Assembly (NCBI GenBank): GCA_905178155.1
Contig: CAJINV010000015.1
Coordinates: 457,309-521,308 of the forward strand
DNA: 64,000 nt
Direction of reading: 5' to 3'
DNA from: Amoebophrya sp. A120
Taxonomy: Eukaryota > Protista > Dinoflagellata
Within the stretch, counting starts at the first letter, position 1. Each line of letters opens with the position of its first letter. Shown here piece by piece: positions 13,001 to 25,677 of the stretch. The translations under genes and the position numbers were made by a program. Under the pieces are notes generated by a model, which was given only the letters and a program-made list of their open reading frames with translations, did no database searches and was not told the DNA's origin.

Positions 13001-16000
13001 CCTTAAGAACAAGATTTGTGATGCATGATTGCAATACGAGTACGATACTTTTGCACAGGATATTCCCAGAAAGGAAGCAAAACCCTTTCAAGATCGTCTG
13101 GAGTAGGAACTACACGGAATAAATCATGTTGATGTTGCGCAAGGGTTCTATCTCGACGTGGTCCTATCGCGGCCTCGTGGACAGGTCGGGTGAGCGTTTC
13201 GTGGAGGATGCTGTGGTCTTGACTTCTTACCGGCTGCTGCACCGAGGCATGATCTCGTCGTGCTGGTACTTCTACACCTCGTCGCGCCTGCTTTTGTAGT
13301 TGTCTCGTGGATCCTCCTCGCGGAGGTCGTGAATCATGCTCCCGCGTAGTTGTAGTTCGAGTTCCTTCTAACATGATCCGCAACACTTCTGCACTTGCAA
13401 TCCTTTGCTCGTGATCCGAAACCGAATCTTCGTCATTGGAGCCAGGTCGACGTTCACGCGAGGGCTCTTCTTCAGAAGATGCTTCAATACATTTTCTCAC
13501 CACGGCAGCGAAATCGGTCGGACGGTGCGCCGCCGCCGACGTCCTGCTGTTGCCTTCGGCTGTTGTCCTTGAAGATGATGCACTTACGCTTGCCCCCTCC
13601 GAATTCATATTAGTAGACGACCACCAAAGGAGATTCTGCCTGCTCGAAAACCAGGGTCCGTGGGCAAACCACTGGCAAAAACGGGTGCGGAATATGGAAG
13701 CGTCAGGATTGAAATCGTCAAAGTTGAAATAGTTTGTGATGCATAAAATGCAACCCACAAAATGCCTGTCTTGCAGAGTAGGCAAGCGAGGCAGATCGTA
13801 AGCCTGTTGAGGGGTAGACATAGAGCTGCTAAAGCAGCATGACAAAAGGCGTCTCTCTTACCCAAACAGCATTACAAACTGGATTGCGGTTCTACCCAAA
13901 TCTGTCATGCACCGCTTGGAAATTGGGCCTCCAACTGGTATCGATTTTATGCATTGCAACTTATTTCAACTTTGACGATTTCAAACCTGACACGTCCATA
14001 CGGAAGGGGAGATATTGATAAAATTGGGAGTAATTGTCGTCGTCTCTTCTATCCGTTTCCGGCGTTGCACCACTTCTTGATCTTTTCGCGAGGACTGCCG
14101 CCCGGGCGCGGGGTTGCAGAATCTGCACCGAGTATTTTTGGAGAAAGGTCGTGGCAGTAGTGGAAGTTGTTGTAGTTTTCACCACGGCCACCCCCTGGCC
14201 CTGGGACTCGGACTGTTGCTGCACCGCATTAAAACTTGTTCCTCGCCGTAAACTCGCGGCCACACAGGCTTCGACCAGCGAACGTAGTAAAGTGGCCGTC
14301 GCTTTCTGTTTCGGGTCGTCCACCTCGTCTCCGCCGCGCCGTTCCAGGACCGTTCTTGCATCTTCCACAATTGTTTCCATTTCTGCCAAATGTGCTTGCA
14401 AAAGCCGGAACTGCTCCTGGTACAGGGCACTCTCACTTCCCGCGGAACCGGACGAGAGCCAAAGCGTCAGCAATTCCTTTACCAACCGCAGAAGTTGGGG
14501 GTTTGATATTGAGGGAGTAGCGGTACTAGAGTTCTTGGTGCCTTTACCCTTTGGCAGCTTTCGTCCTTGATGATGACCAAGTGCCACGACCGCTGCACCA
14601 CCCTCCTCCCTGAAGAGCTCCGCGTAGTTTCGTCTTATGCCCATGCTGTTGTAGCTCTTTGCTTCATCGCCCGTCTTCGCAGGAATTCGAATTTCTGTTG
14701 CTGCGCCAGCATGAAAATAATCTCCTCGTCCTCCACTATCACTATCAGTGGTTGCGGTTGCAGGTGCTGGTGCAGTTCCCGTACCGTATTCCGCATAACA
14801 AACTTCCAAATAGTCTGCCAGCTCCGCGTCGGCCTTCACCATGCAGGCCACCTCTGCCACATCACGGAAAAGCAGCGCGTGTTCCCGCAAAAATGCTACA
14901 GAAACGGCTTCGACGTCCTCGTCGGCGTCCCGTTCATCCGCGATCCTGTTCCCGTCGCGACCATCCGCTTGAGTTGCATCAAAATAAAGCTCCTGTTGTA
15001 CCAGCTCGGAATACGCACTTTCCCACGTGTGACGGATTGCGATCAGAAGTTCGTACGTAGTAGTGCTTTTCAGCAGGTACTTCAGAATCACTGATAAGTC
15101 TGATGTACTACTATCCACTGCAAAAGTAATGTACTCGTAGTAATTTTTGCGATTTTTAGCTTGACAAATCTGGTTGTCAGAGAACCGTTCATCTCTGGGT
15201 ACTTAAATCAGGATATACAAATTCAACTTTTTCCTCTATTTCCGAAAACTCCTAAATGCAATTTATACGTAGTTGCACGATATTACTTTTGCAATGCATA
15301 TGAAGAAGGCGATCGTTTACCCGCGGCGGAGGAAGATGAAGATGCCGTGGTGGATATCACAGGAAAAATGGTTTAATACATTAATACGGAATTTGTGATG
15401 CAGTAATGCATCGCAAAACGTGCCCAAATTTGTCATGCATAACATGCATACTAGGAAAAATCTGTCATGCATATCTGCAACCTACAAAATCCGTTAACGT
15501 CAACACTTTTTTGTTGGATAGTGGAGGCTGCTGTCAGGGGTGTCCCGGGAATTTGCTCATCATTATCAAGTGTAAAAGTGTCTGGGTCTGGAAGGATGTA
15601 ACTTGTGATGCGCATTTCAGAACACACAAAAATCTCTGATGCATAGGCAGCAAAAGCTGCTCACTTTCTGTCACCAAAATGGGGGATTTGTCATGCGGAT
15701 TCGGCATTGCGGAAGCTTCTCGAAACCTGTGATGCTAGAGCTGCCATGCCAGACCTTCTGTGTCATGCAGAAACAGCATGACTCTTCCAGACGCAGACAT
15801 TTTTACATTTGATAATCATCTTGTTCCACCAAATAATCCGCCATCGGCATCGACGAGGACGTGGTAGCAGGACCAGGAGTAGATTTGCTTGATAGTTGGA
15901 CCGTTCTGGCCGCGACTACGGGGGTAATGGTGCAGGTGCTGTTGTGGTGCTGGTCTTTTGGGTACTCATACCACGCGACGATGTAGAAGACTACACCCGC

Positions 16001-16066
16001 CAGCCGCGCCAGCCATCCTCGGGCTAACGGAAAAATAAAAGGCGTCATCTTACCGTCGAAAGCCAT
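7029..16066 (-). CDS. Gene A: unknown protein of about 2180 aa with 11 non-canonical introns; paralog of gene B
   Basis: Removing 11 elements plus 5 bp each leaves 6549 nt in one frame that joins the listed ORF fragments. Shares blocks with gene B: FRDVAEVACMVKAD, AVDPxVYDxKYADHL, NRVMLTDFI..NALTxEEQCIAGFLRY, MRPYLNSxLQL. Hydrophobic N-terminus. Confidence 0.8.
8060..8311. mobile_element. Introner family A
   Basis: DR ATAAA; joins VEFY-ENLLQ. Confidence 0.92.
9426..9694. mobile_element. Introner family A
   Basis: DR CCTGC; frame restored. Confidence 0.92.
9756..10034. mobile_element. Introner family D
   Basis: TIR TATYCTGAGTAAAAACGTCC; DR ACAGC/ACACC. Confidence 0.9.
10138..10416. mobile_element. 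Introner family D (opposite orientation to 9756)
   Basis: DR GGCTT; frame restored. Confidence 0.92.
11792..11936. mobile_element. Introner family B
   Basis: DR TCGGT; site is empty in gene B. Confidence 0.93.
11974..12123. mobile_element. Introner family B
   Basis: DR TCAAT; site is empty in gene B. Confidence 0.93.
12917..13062. mobile_element. Introner family B (reverse)
   Basis: DR TTCCC; joins FWE-ERFVDV. Confidence 0.93.
13693..14000. mobile_element. Introner family C
   Basis: TIR TATGGA.G.GTCAGG.TTGAAATCGTCAAAGTTGAAATA; DR CGGAA. Confidence 0.93.
15112..15300. mobile_element. Degenerate family B introner
   Basis: Decayed TIR, no DR; +5 removal restores frame. Confidence 0.65.
15355..15520. 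mobile_element. Introner family E-like
   Basis: DR GTGGA; weak TIR; frame restored. Confidence 0.78.
15564..15814. mobile_element. Introner family A
   Basis: DR ATCAT; frame restored. Confidence 0.9.
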
Positions 16067-17226
16067 GCTTGCTACTTGTAGTAGTCCTCCCTGTATGAAA
16101 ATGAAGGTCTTCTGACTCGCTAGTAGTCCCCGCAGGAAGGGGTGCCGCTGCCGCGAAGGGTCGTTCTTGCCAGAAATTATGCTACCTGCAAAGGCTCCTG
16201 CGGAAGACTAATCTACTCATGGCAGATTTTAGGCGTCATAGTGTGGCGAAGATCAAGATGTGCATGCTACTTTTCCCGTTGGCCGTGTCTCTCTTGGGGA
16301 GACATGAGCCAGGACAGGCCATGGTGAAATTTTATCGTCGAAAGTAAGCGGAAATGGATTTCATCGTCGGAAGTGGTTGATGATGTAGTTGGTCACTTTT
16401 TACATATAGTTTAGGTTTAGTACAACTTTCTGTTCTTCATTTTCACATCGGTCGAAAAAAATACTCTTTTATCCGATAAGAATTCTAAGTCTAAACCACG
16501 TTCTTTCGACCACTTCTCGTGGCGGTAGGGTGATCTCTGTTCGATAAAACTGCAAATAAAGGCCGGAAAAAAATTGGTGGAAACTGGAAAATTAGTCGAG
16601 CAGAAGTTGGAGATCTCCGTTTTCTTGTGATCAAAAGCACAGTTTTTCTTTTTTTCCTCTTTCTCAGGTGAATAAAACAACTTCTGCCACGACATGTGGC
16701 ACAGGGTGTCGAGCACAGATTTTTATCTGCAAGAACTGCACCATTGTTTTGTATATTTTCGAAATGTAGTGGTTGTAAAAAAGGATGCTAGAAGAAGACA
16801 CATGATGCCTTTTCTCATGACTCTTTTGGATCTCAAATCGATCTCCTTCGTCCTGGCCGCATGCGGTTCGCGGGGAATGTGTTTTGACTTTGAGAAGAGG
16901 AAGACGTTGAGGGGCCCATATTTTGATATTAAGAGAGTTACAACAATAAAGCATTTGAGCCCATATTTTGATATTGATCTTCTACTTCCTTTCGCTGACT
17001 ACAACGAACGCAAAGAAAAACAAACTTGCACCAACCACATCACCAGAAAGAGCAGGTACGCTGAAACATTGAACAGCGGCATGGCTTGCCCTCGTACTAT
17101 GATCAACAAATGGATCGATCATATGAAGGGTCGCCTTTCTGGTAGAAATCGGGAAGCGACAGCACCGAATCCGTTTTCTTTTGCACGGTACAACGAACTG
17201 CACATCTACGTAATCCTGTAAAATTA

Positions 17227-18646
17227 CTAAGTGGAATTTTGCAGGAAACAGGAAAATTGAAAAAAAATGTACCCTGTGCTGGATTGGACGGCGGCTACGG
17301 CGGTTCGGAGTGGTGAGGACGCGGCGGCCTTTGTACTCCTCAGTCCTCATCAAAGAACACCGCTACAGGCACGTGGCAGACCTTCATCAAAATACATCGC
17401 TACAGCTACAAATAACGGAGATGAGGACCATGGCCCGTGAGATGAGGGCGGCCTACCTCCAACAGGGGGCGGCTGTGCCAAGCTGGCCGCACGCGCCAGA
17501 CGGGCGCGCTATGCGGGCAGGGAGAGGAAGGCGGCCACGCGAGCCGGGGTCTAGCCAAATGATTTGGCGACCCAGCAGCTGACGTGCCAGAGAGCCCATG
17601 TGTTGCCATTAGGAGGAGTCGCCCCGGACTATTTCCGCACTTTTTGCGCGCGCCGGGGAGAGTGCGAAAAAAATGGCCATCCAGATTTTCCCCCTTGGCG
17701 GAGGTAAAACCGCACCTAAATCTCCGACTTGTGGCGCCAATATTGGGCGGCCGGAAAAATGCAAAAAAAAGGCCCCAAGGAGAAGGCCCCCCGCACCTGC
17801 TTGCAAAGTTTGGCCGGCCGAAAAGGCAAAAGCGCGCAACTGTTGCATCAAAAATCGGGGCCCGAGGCCGGGGGGCCCGGGGGGTCCCGGAGGGGTAGCC
17901 CCCTCATTTTCCTGTGAACTCTGTGGCACGATGGCAGTGCCTCGATTTTGCCCCCCATTCTGGGTCCCCGAATTGCCCCCATTTTCGGCCCCCCCGGAGG
18001 CCCCCCCTTTGCGTTTTCCTGTGAACTCTGCGACCGATGGGTATCTATTGATTTTTTGCTCAATCACGGGCTAAACGGCCAAAAAGGGCACCGGAGTCGA
18101 ACCCCCTGGCGATATCTTTTCCCTGGCACCCCCAGAGAAGGTGGTCGAGGTGCTTCAGGGTCGCCGGCCTTTTTCGGCCCTGCTCGCGGAGCCGCACCCG
18201 GGCCGCTTCCTTCCAGCCGACTAAATCAGGGCCGTGCCAGGGGACGCGCTGAGGGGGCCGGGGAGGTAGTGGCAGCCGCCTACCATTTCTGTTGTTTCGG
18301 TTTTGTGACTCGCGCAAGGTATTTTTTGAACAGTAGCAGAGGAGAGCGCTGGACTCTGTGATGATTTGTATCGTAGTGTGCGCGTGTGTGGAGCGGAAAG
18401 CCGGATCCCTGTGCGAGGCAAGCTGCTTGCACCTTATGGCCCATCATCTTCATGTCCCTCATTTGTACCTGTGGAATGACTATGATGAAGGATTCGCTTT
18501 GTGCCTATAGTGATGCTTTTTGATGAAAACAAACTGCAAGAAAGACCGCCGCGTTGTCCCCGCTCCCAGCCGCCGTCGCCCTCGTCCCATCCAGCACAGG
18601 GGGCAATTTTTTTCAATTTTCCTTTTTCCTGCAAAATTCCACTTAG
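17227..18646. mobile_element. Non-autonomous DNA transposon with about 110-bp imperfect TIRs
   Basis: CTAAGTGGAATTTTGCAGGAAA.. at left and its reverse complement at right; flanks TAAAATTA/TAAAAATA; uninterrupted paralogous site near 34075; GC-rich interior with no recognisable transposase. Confidence 0.78.
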
Positions 18647-20170
18647 TAAAAATAACAGTTGCTGCACCTTTCAAGAGAGAACACACACTGCACATGCACA
18701 GGCGTACGGAAGACGGATTCAAAACAAAACGTAGAACTTCGGATCACAAAACTTGATCGCGTCGAGCGTAAGACGTGAAAATCCAAACGAGGAAGTAAAC
18801 AGATCCGGAAAGGTGTTGTTGGAAGATATCAAAACGGGGCTTCTCAAACTTGATCTTGTAGTATGCGTGCCGTCATGGAGAGATGATATTGAAAAAACCG
18901 TGCGGATGACGATCATGGGCGGCATTTCAGAGAAACAGAATATTATCAGGCAAGACAATGCTCTCTACTGAAAAATACAGCAAGATCCGGTGACCAGCCA
19001 CCAGGGGTTTCAATGCGAGCGTCAGGAGAACACCGGAGCGCTTTACTTCGAGGGCAGGATGTTCTTGAAGAAGTCTATATTAGAATTCGCAAACGCTTCT
19101 CCCGACCCCCGTCGCTAAGCCCAGCGGCCGGCTCTCGTCCCTTCCCGGCGAACGGGGGCACTCGCTCTCGCTGTGTGGCTAGAATGCGATCGCTCCGTTG
19201 TGGAGAACACACGCCGCGTAGCAGGCACTGTGGCCCAAACCTGTGCCCGCGTTTTCATGCGGGCGTTCGGAGTTCTTACATAACTTCTGTCTGGCATACA
19301 CTTTCATTTTCGTTGCAGTGCCCCGCCTATGGTAGGGCGGGGCTGGAGTTGCGCGTTTCTGTTTGCCTGACATTGCCAAAACTGTGCGCGGCTTGCCAAA
19401 AAATCAATTGGAGTGCAACTGATAGATAGTCGTCCCATCAAAACAGATATAATGTGCCTCGGTTTTGCCGTTGTACTTGCTTCCAAAGTTATAGTCTTGC
19501 TTTCAGGTAACAAAAATCAACCTTTCTTTCCGGAAAAAATGCGTAAAACGTTTAGCATTTCCAGAAGCCGTTTCAGCATTTAGCAACAACAACACAAAGT
19601 CAGACAGTATATCACAAATGATGCAAATCTATTCGAGGCAGTCCCCTTAGATTATCCTCTTCCGTCCTCTAAGTCTCGCGATTGCTTGGATTGGTAGTCT
19701 TTCGCTGTTGTTGTTTGCTTGGACGGAGAGCGCTGAGGATGTATTGCTGCTGCTTGTTGTATTCGCTGATCCTGTTGCTGTGCCTGTGGTGATGTCTCGC
19801 CATAGACTTCGACCAAGACAGTCCTTTGCTGTTGCTCGCTTTCGATTGAGATCCGCGGCGATTTATGCTATCCAGGTCTTTGTTGCTCCTTGCCCTTTTT
19901 TCGTCTTGGCGTTCGGCACGGTGGCTGACAACATCAGCCGCGCCCAACGTTTCGCCGGATACCTTGGCACGTGGCCAAAGTTACCACGTGGCCCAAATAA
20001 GTACTATAATTCAGAAAATTTAGAGTTGGCCGTAGTAGAGAGGACCACAAAATGAAAATTTACCCCAAGAAATGTTGAACGTAGTTGATGATAACTCGCT
20101 CAACGGGGGCCACAGAAATCGAAAACTTCACTGTGTGACTTTTCATCTCCGAATGCGAGATAGAACAGCG

Positions 20171-23100
20171 TCACTCATCCGAAAATTCCTTGGCAAGTCG
20201 GTTCAGAACAACTTGTTCGAAGCTGGAGCGTCGAGCCGTCCAGGCTTTTTGGTCGTTCCCGAGCTGCGCGAGCTCTGGAGGCTCGCGTCCCTCCTGGGGT
20301 TCTCCGGCGAATATGATGTCCGCCTGTATCTGTCTCACTACCTTGTCGAATGTTCCTTGTGTCGCGAACTCCCCTGTCAGCTTTGTGTTCTCCTTCTCGG
20401 ACAGCCAACGCTTCCACCGTTTTTTCAGCCATACCAAGTCCCTCTTGGTTGTCTCAGTGAGCGCAACTTGCTCTCCCTCTCCGTCGAAGAAATGGCCAAA
20501 GTTCATTTCGCCGCCCTCCCCGATGACTTTTTTGCGAAGGTGGTCTATACGTGCAGAGAAAGGCATCCCCTTCCCATAGTCTTCCGCTACGAGTCGATCT
20601 AGCTCCTTCAAAATCCCGGCCCGCTCACGAGCTTGCCTTGGTAGAGGGAGCCGATCTTGCCGCACAGGAGCGAGCGCGTGAACCTTACTCAGCTCTTGCT
20701 GCCAGTTTTCAATGATAGCGTCCAGAAGGTGCGCCCATCGATTTCGCAGCTCCTGGTATTCCGCACAGTCAGAAAAAACAAGCCCCAGTTCGCGGAATTG
20801 CTCGAGAACAAAGTTAGTGGGGCAAGACTCAACCTCGGAAACGTATAAATGCGTTTTCAGCTTTTTGGCGGCCTCTATACCCCACAGGTACATCGTTCCT
20901 CGGGTGCGTCTGGCATATTCTGTGGCAAGAAGCAGCGCCGACAGTTGGTCCGTGTGTTCCTGCAGAAAGTTGTCTGCCTGCTCGGCCTCTCTTTGAAGCC
21001 TGGCCCGCGTGTCTTCAGTAATAAATGCCCCGAACGGCCCATTTTTCGGGAGCTGCTGGATAAATCCCAAACCCTTCGAGGTGTCGAAATGATTTTCATA
21101 ACGCTTCTCCATTTCCAGTATTGACGTGACAAAGACACGGCCGTCGATTTCGATCTTCCACTGGACTTCTTTTTCGTACGAACTCACGTACCCGATCTTG
21201 AGACGCTCAAACTGGGGCCCGGGGCAGAGTACATTCAGCAAATTTTTGTGATCGCTGAGTGAAAACTGTCCAGAAAAATATGCTTTTATCATGAACATCC
21301 GGAGCGCACGGAAATACGGCAGGCCATCAAATACGTCTCTGCACAGCGTTCCGAGCGAGGCAATGAACACGTCCAGCAGAAGCCCGCTAAGCTGTCGCTG
21401 GTCCTTGGACGAACTCCCCATGGGGGTGCCGGCTCCTTTGCTACTCCGCTTTGTCTGCGACATTCGAATCTGTTGTATCTTACGTGAGACCGCAGCGATA
21501 GCAACAGAAGGACTCTTGATATCATGGCTCAGACATGCGTCAGAGCCTGCGGTGGCCATTTGTGCGGCGCCTCTTGCTTCCCCAGGGCGTTGCGGTGTTG
21601 CTGTAACCGACGCAGGGACCAACTCCGGCCGCTGCAGGGCCTGATCCAATGCCTCACCGTACTCCTTATCCGCTTTCTTAGACAACTGATCCAGGAGCGC
21701 CTCCAGATCCCGCTCGTTTGCTTCCGCGGCGAGGGCCTTCGCTTTTTCGAGCAATCTCTCTCTATGTTGCTTCGCTTTTCTAGCTCTGCGGCCGCGCCGT
21801 TCTCCACGATGCCCTCCCCCACCACGCGGACCGGCGCCGGAGTCAGACGGCCGCCCTCCTTGTTCGTCGGATGACGCAGTGCAGCTGCAGCTTGAACCTC
21901 CGTCACTTGTTTCCTCGTCCTCTTCAGTGGGGCTGAAAGCACCCCATGCGGTCGCGCCCGCCCCCTGCTGTGTCGCGCCACAAGCTTGAGCTGGAGGGAC
22001 GCTACCTCCTGCAGCTCCAGGTGCCGCATCCAAGTTCTTGAACAGGTGCCGATTCGATAACACTTTGTGCTTGTACTCTTGATCGAACTCTTTGCTGGCT
22101 TCGTAGTATCAACTGTAAAAGTGTCTGGGTCTGGAAGAATTCATATTTGTCATGCGTGTCTGGCGTGATTCTTAAATCTGTCATGCACGTTACCCAAGAA
22201 GAGCTCCGCTTTCCTGTGATGCAGAAGCGCAGATTGTCATGCAGAATAGGCAACACCTAGGAACTCAGAAACTTGTCATGCTGAGCCAGCATTTGTAGCC
22301 TCATCATGAGACGCCACCCAGCATCACAAGTTTCCAGACCCAGACATTTTTGCACTTGATATGTAGGCAGTGGTCACCAATTCCACCAGCCCGTCGTCCG
22401 TGAACTGGCCAACTGCATAATCGTGATCGATTTGGGCTTTCAGTTTCGCAGCGTCATCGCGGCTAGTTCTTCGTCGTGCGGCCGCCCTTGGTCCGTACAG
22501 CCAGTCCTCGCATGAAACGTCTCTGCCTTGGTAGGTCGACTGCCGCAGCTGCTTTCTCGCGCCGAGACAACGCACGCCCGCCCGCAAGAGCAAAAGTTTG
22601 CCCCATAGCCTGTCGCCAGTTTGGCTCAGCCACCAGTCCCACACCCTGGCGGGAAACTGCTCGCGCAGTTTGGCTTTCGCTTTGGCCCCCGTCTCGCCTA
22701 GTTGTTCCGTAGCATTATCAATAGCCTTCTGCATTTTCCCAAGCAATTCCATACTCGCGACGGGCTCCATGCGCCGCATTACGACCTTCGCTGCTTTTTT
22801 TGCGCGCGCCACCTTTTCCTTAATCGACATTGCTTTCGAAAGATTCTGGACATTGTCCGACTCGGCCTCGCGTTTCACATTCGCGTCGAACGAAGTACCC
22901 AGGTCGTGACAGGTCAGCTGTACCTCAGCTGCAAGCCGCCAGCAGTGCGCGGCCATCTTCACACTTTCCATGTCAACCACCGCTCCTAACTTCATGGATT
23001 GGCTTGCCTTCGCCCCCTCCTTCGGGTTTGTTCTTTTTGCTTTTCGTCCTCCACCCTGGAGCCCCATTGCGAGGTGGACCAGCGGGGAAGCTCCTGCATC

Positions 23101-23235
23101 GAACAAGAGCTGCATGCGTACGGCAAATAGAAGGGCAAGCCCAACCGAGAAGCAAAGCGGAGCTCTTGCGTGTCCTCCTCCTGGTCGTACAGGAGCGCGA
23201 GGAATACGAGACGACGAAACGAGATCAGGCGCCAT
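20171..23235 (-). CDS. Gene C: unknown protein with N-terminal hydrophobic segment and one introner; paralog of gene D
   Basis: ORFs 22324-23235 and 20171-22063 join as TTAYKASKEF after removing 22107-22361 plus 5 bp; the paralog reads TTADKASKKF uninterrupted. Confidence 0.82.
22107..22361. mobile_element. Introner family A
   Basis: DR CGTAG/TGTAG; empty site in gene D near 49650. Confidence 0.93.
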
Positions 23236-24567
23236 GATTGCGTCGATCGAACGACAATGGCTATCAGCAGGCTAAATACTTATTTTATTCCTTCAGTATC
23301 GGTATTGCACACAAATGGGGAAGTAATATACTTTCTTGACTTTGACTTAACAAAAAAATAGAAAGTCAAGACCTACTATGTTGTGACAACTTGTGTATCT
23401 GTCGAAGCTGTTATTTAGAATGATGATCGATAATATAAGTAGATCAATGTGCATGTGGACGCGCGGGCTTCGCGTGCTATTTCCGTTTGGGCACAAAACA
23501 ATTAGGGCACAAGACTAGTTTGGCAAGCAAAACAATTAGGGATTGATATAAGGAATGCTCCAGATTCAGGTTAGAAGTAAGTAAATGAAAAGATGGCTCT
23601 GCTTCTTCAGAAGTCTTCGTCGTGTGCGTCCTCGTTTCGGTGACCGCGGCGAGTAGAGTTTCTGCAAAAATAACTTGCTCTTTCACACGACTTCTGAGGT
23701 CGTTTGTTCAAACTGATAATTGTTGCGGTTCTTGCTCCTCCCTGCGATCCACAACAATTATCAGTGCTTGTCGAATTATCCGCACGATGTAAAGCTGCAA
23801 TGGAGTCGCGAATGTGAGTAGTAAAGCTGTGAGTAAATATTAAGCTGGAAGAGCTCAATAAACTAGATCAAAGCGCAAGGCGGTCTTGAAAGAATGATTT
23901 TTTTGAAAACAGACTAAATTGTTGACGTCGCGTAAAAACGCACACGTTGTTATCCTGCTGAATGATAGTACAATTTCAAACATAGTACTGTGCTGGAGCT
24001 GGACGCTTTGATCATTTTGTACTACACAGGCACCAGAAACAAATTCAAGCTGAAGGCTTGACTTGTTTCTTCCGCGGGGGGGATCTTCTGTCGATTTAGA
24101 GGACGTCTTTTTATTTCCGCGGGAAGAGCATTTTTTCGTCCGATGCAATAAAGGAGGAGCTGGTGACATAACTGGGTTTATTACCGACCGACACCGAACA
24201 GTAGCCGTAGCCCGATACAAAGAAGTGTGGATCATCATCTTCAAGTTAATAGATCTTCTTTCATTTGACCAGGACTGAAAAAAGATTTCGGATCGTCGCA
24301 TACAGTTCTACTTCGTTTCTCAGATACACGAATTTTTGATCCCAAGTTCCTTCAGACCGATCGCTTTCATTTTCAACACATCAATTGAAATTGACTTCTA
24401 GCTGCCCGATAGCACTAATACACAACGAACTTCCCCTCGCCTTTGTGAGAGGACGGCGAGGACCTGGAAATACTTATCGCCCCGGGACATTACTACTACA
24501 ACACCGGATAATAAGTAAAAACAAAGGGTCGCGCGTCGACCACGTCGTGATCATCAGGAAAATAAAT

Positions 24568-25026
24568 TCAGCTCAAAAATATCTTTCGCACCATGTTCAC
24601 AGAGAGCAAGATGGCGTGTTTCGGTTTACAGTCCACACAAAAGATCTTCCTCGGGTCGTAAAGCGATTGGTACCAGGCGGTTGATCTACGTGAAGATACT
24701 GGGGTCGTTCTACTTGACGTGGTGGTGCTAGTAGTCGATGTGGTGGAACAAGCAGCTGCGTCAGTGCAAGATGAACTTGCGTGAAGAAGCCGATCTTCTG
24801 GCCTGCTCTGCAGTGACGTTCTTTCTGCGCCGGTGCTGGGGCAGGAGCCGTGGAAGTTCTTACTATTGGAACAAGATGCGTCTTTTGTTATTTCATCCTT
24901 GGTGATGTTGCTCTTCGAGTTTGATGACTGCTCCTGAGAAGTTGATGATGTCATCTGCTTCATCGGCAAGAACTCGTGCGCTGCTTTTATGTTTATTTGT
25001 TTGTTTGTTTGCTTGTTTGTTTTCAT
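24568..25026 (-). pseudogene. Truncated duplicate of the 3' end of gene E (or a short paralog)
   Basis: Same C-terminus as ORF 34147-35034 (CPSTGAERTSLQSRPED...WYQSLYDPRKIFCVDCKPKHAILLSVNMVRKIFLS); no matching upstream exons seen. Confidence 0.55.
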
Positions 25027-25677
25027 GCGTTGAGCAGGTGGGAACGCGTTTCGTCTTCACCGTTTTCCTCTAAATAGCGCTCCTTCAAAAAAAAAATCCC
25101 CAGTTGCGAGAAACGCTGAAAAAAGACTCTCCGGACTCTGTTGCCTACGACTACAAAATGAAAACGGGCCAGACTGAAGATTTTTCTAGAAGGGGCAGAT
25201 CACGGTTCTTTGATGATCGTTTTTGATTCTTATGGCGATAGTCTTTGCTAACACAGCGTTTCTAAAAGATGCACTTGCTTCCATCCACAGTCACTTGTAA
25301 TGGCTGTAGCATCCTCATCTCGCAGCAGCGGCAGCCGCACAAAATAAATGAAACGTTCTTGTGGTAACACTAACATGTAGCCTTTCCTCGTGGGAAAAAA
25401 AATACAACTTATCTTCAGGATGTTCATGACTCCATGCGCTATTCATGTGTCACGACCTGAGAGAGCAACCACACTCCGCGATCAGCAATCTCATCACACA
25501 CAAATACATGATAGTACTTCGGCTGCATAAACGAACCATGCATGACAAATGTCTAAATTCGTGACCATATTAGTATTTCAGTGAAAATAGCAGTTGCAGT
25601 AGCTGAACAAGCACCCGTGGTTTTGAGCGTACGACAATTATCTATAAAAGTTTATTCAGTAAAAACGAGAACGAAAA

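Noticed and set aside
17584-18361. G/P-rich ORFs inside the long-TIR element as a transposase
   Set aside because: Overlapping low-complexity ORFs in several frames arise from high GC content; no DDE motif is recognisable.
18700-20100. Short ORFs as genes
   Set aside because: No recognisable homology, splice chain or paralog support.
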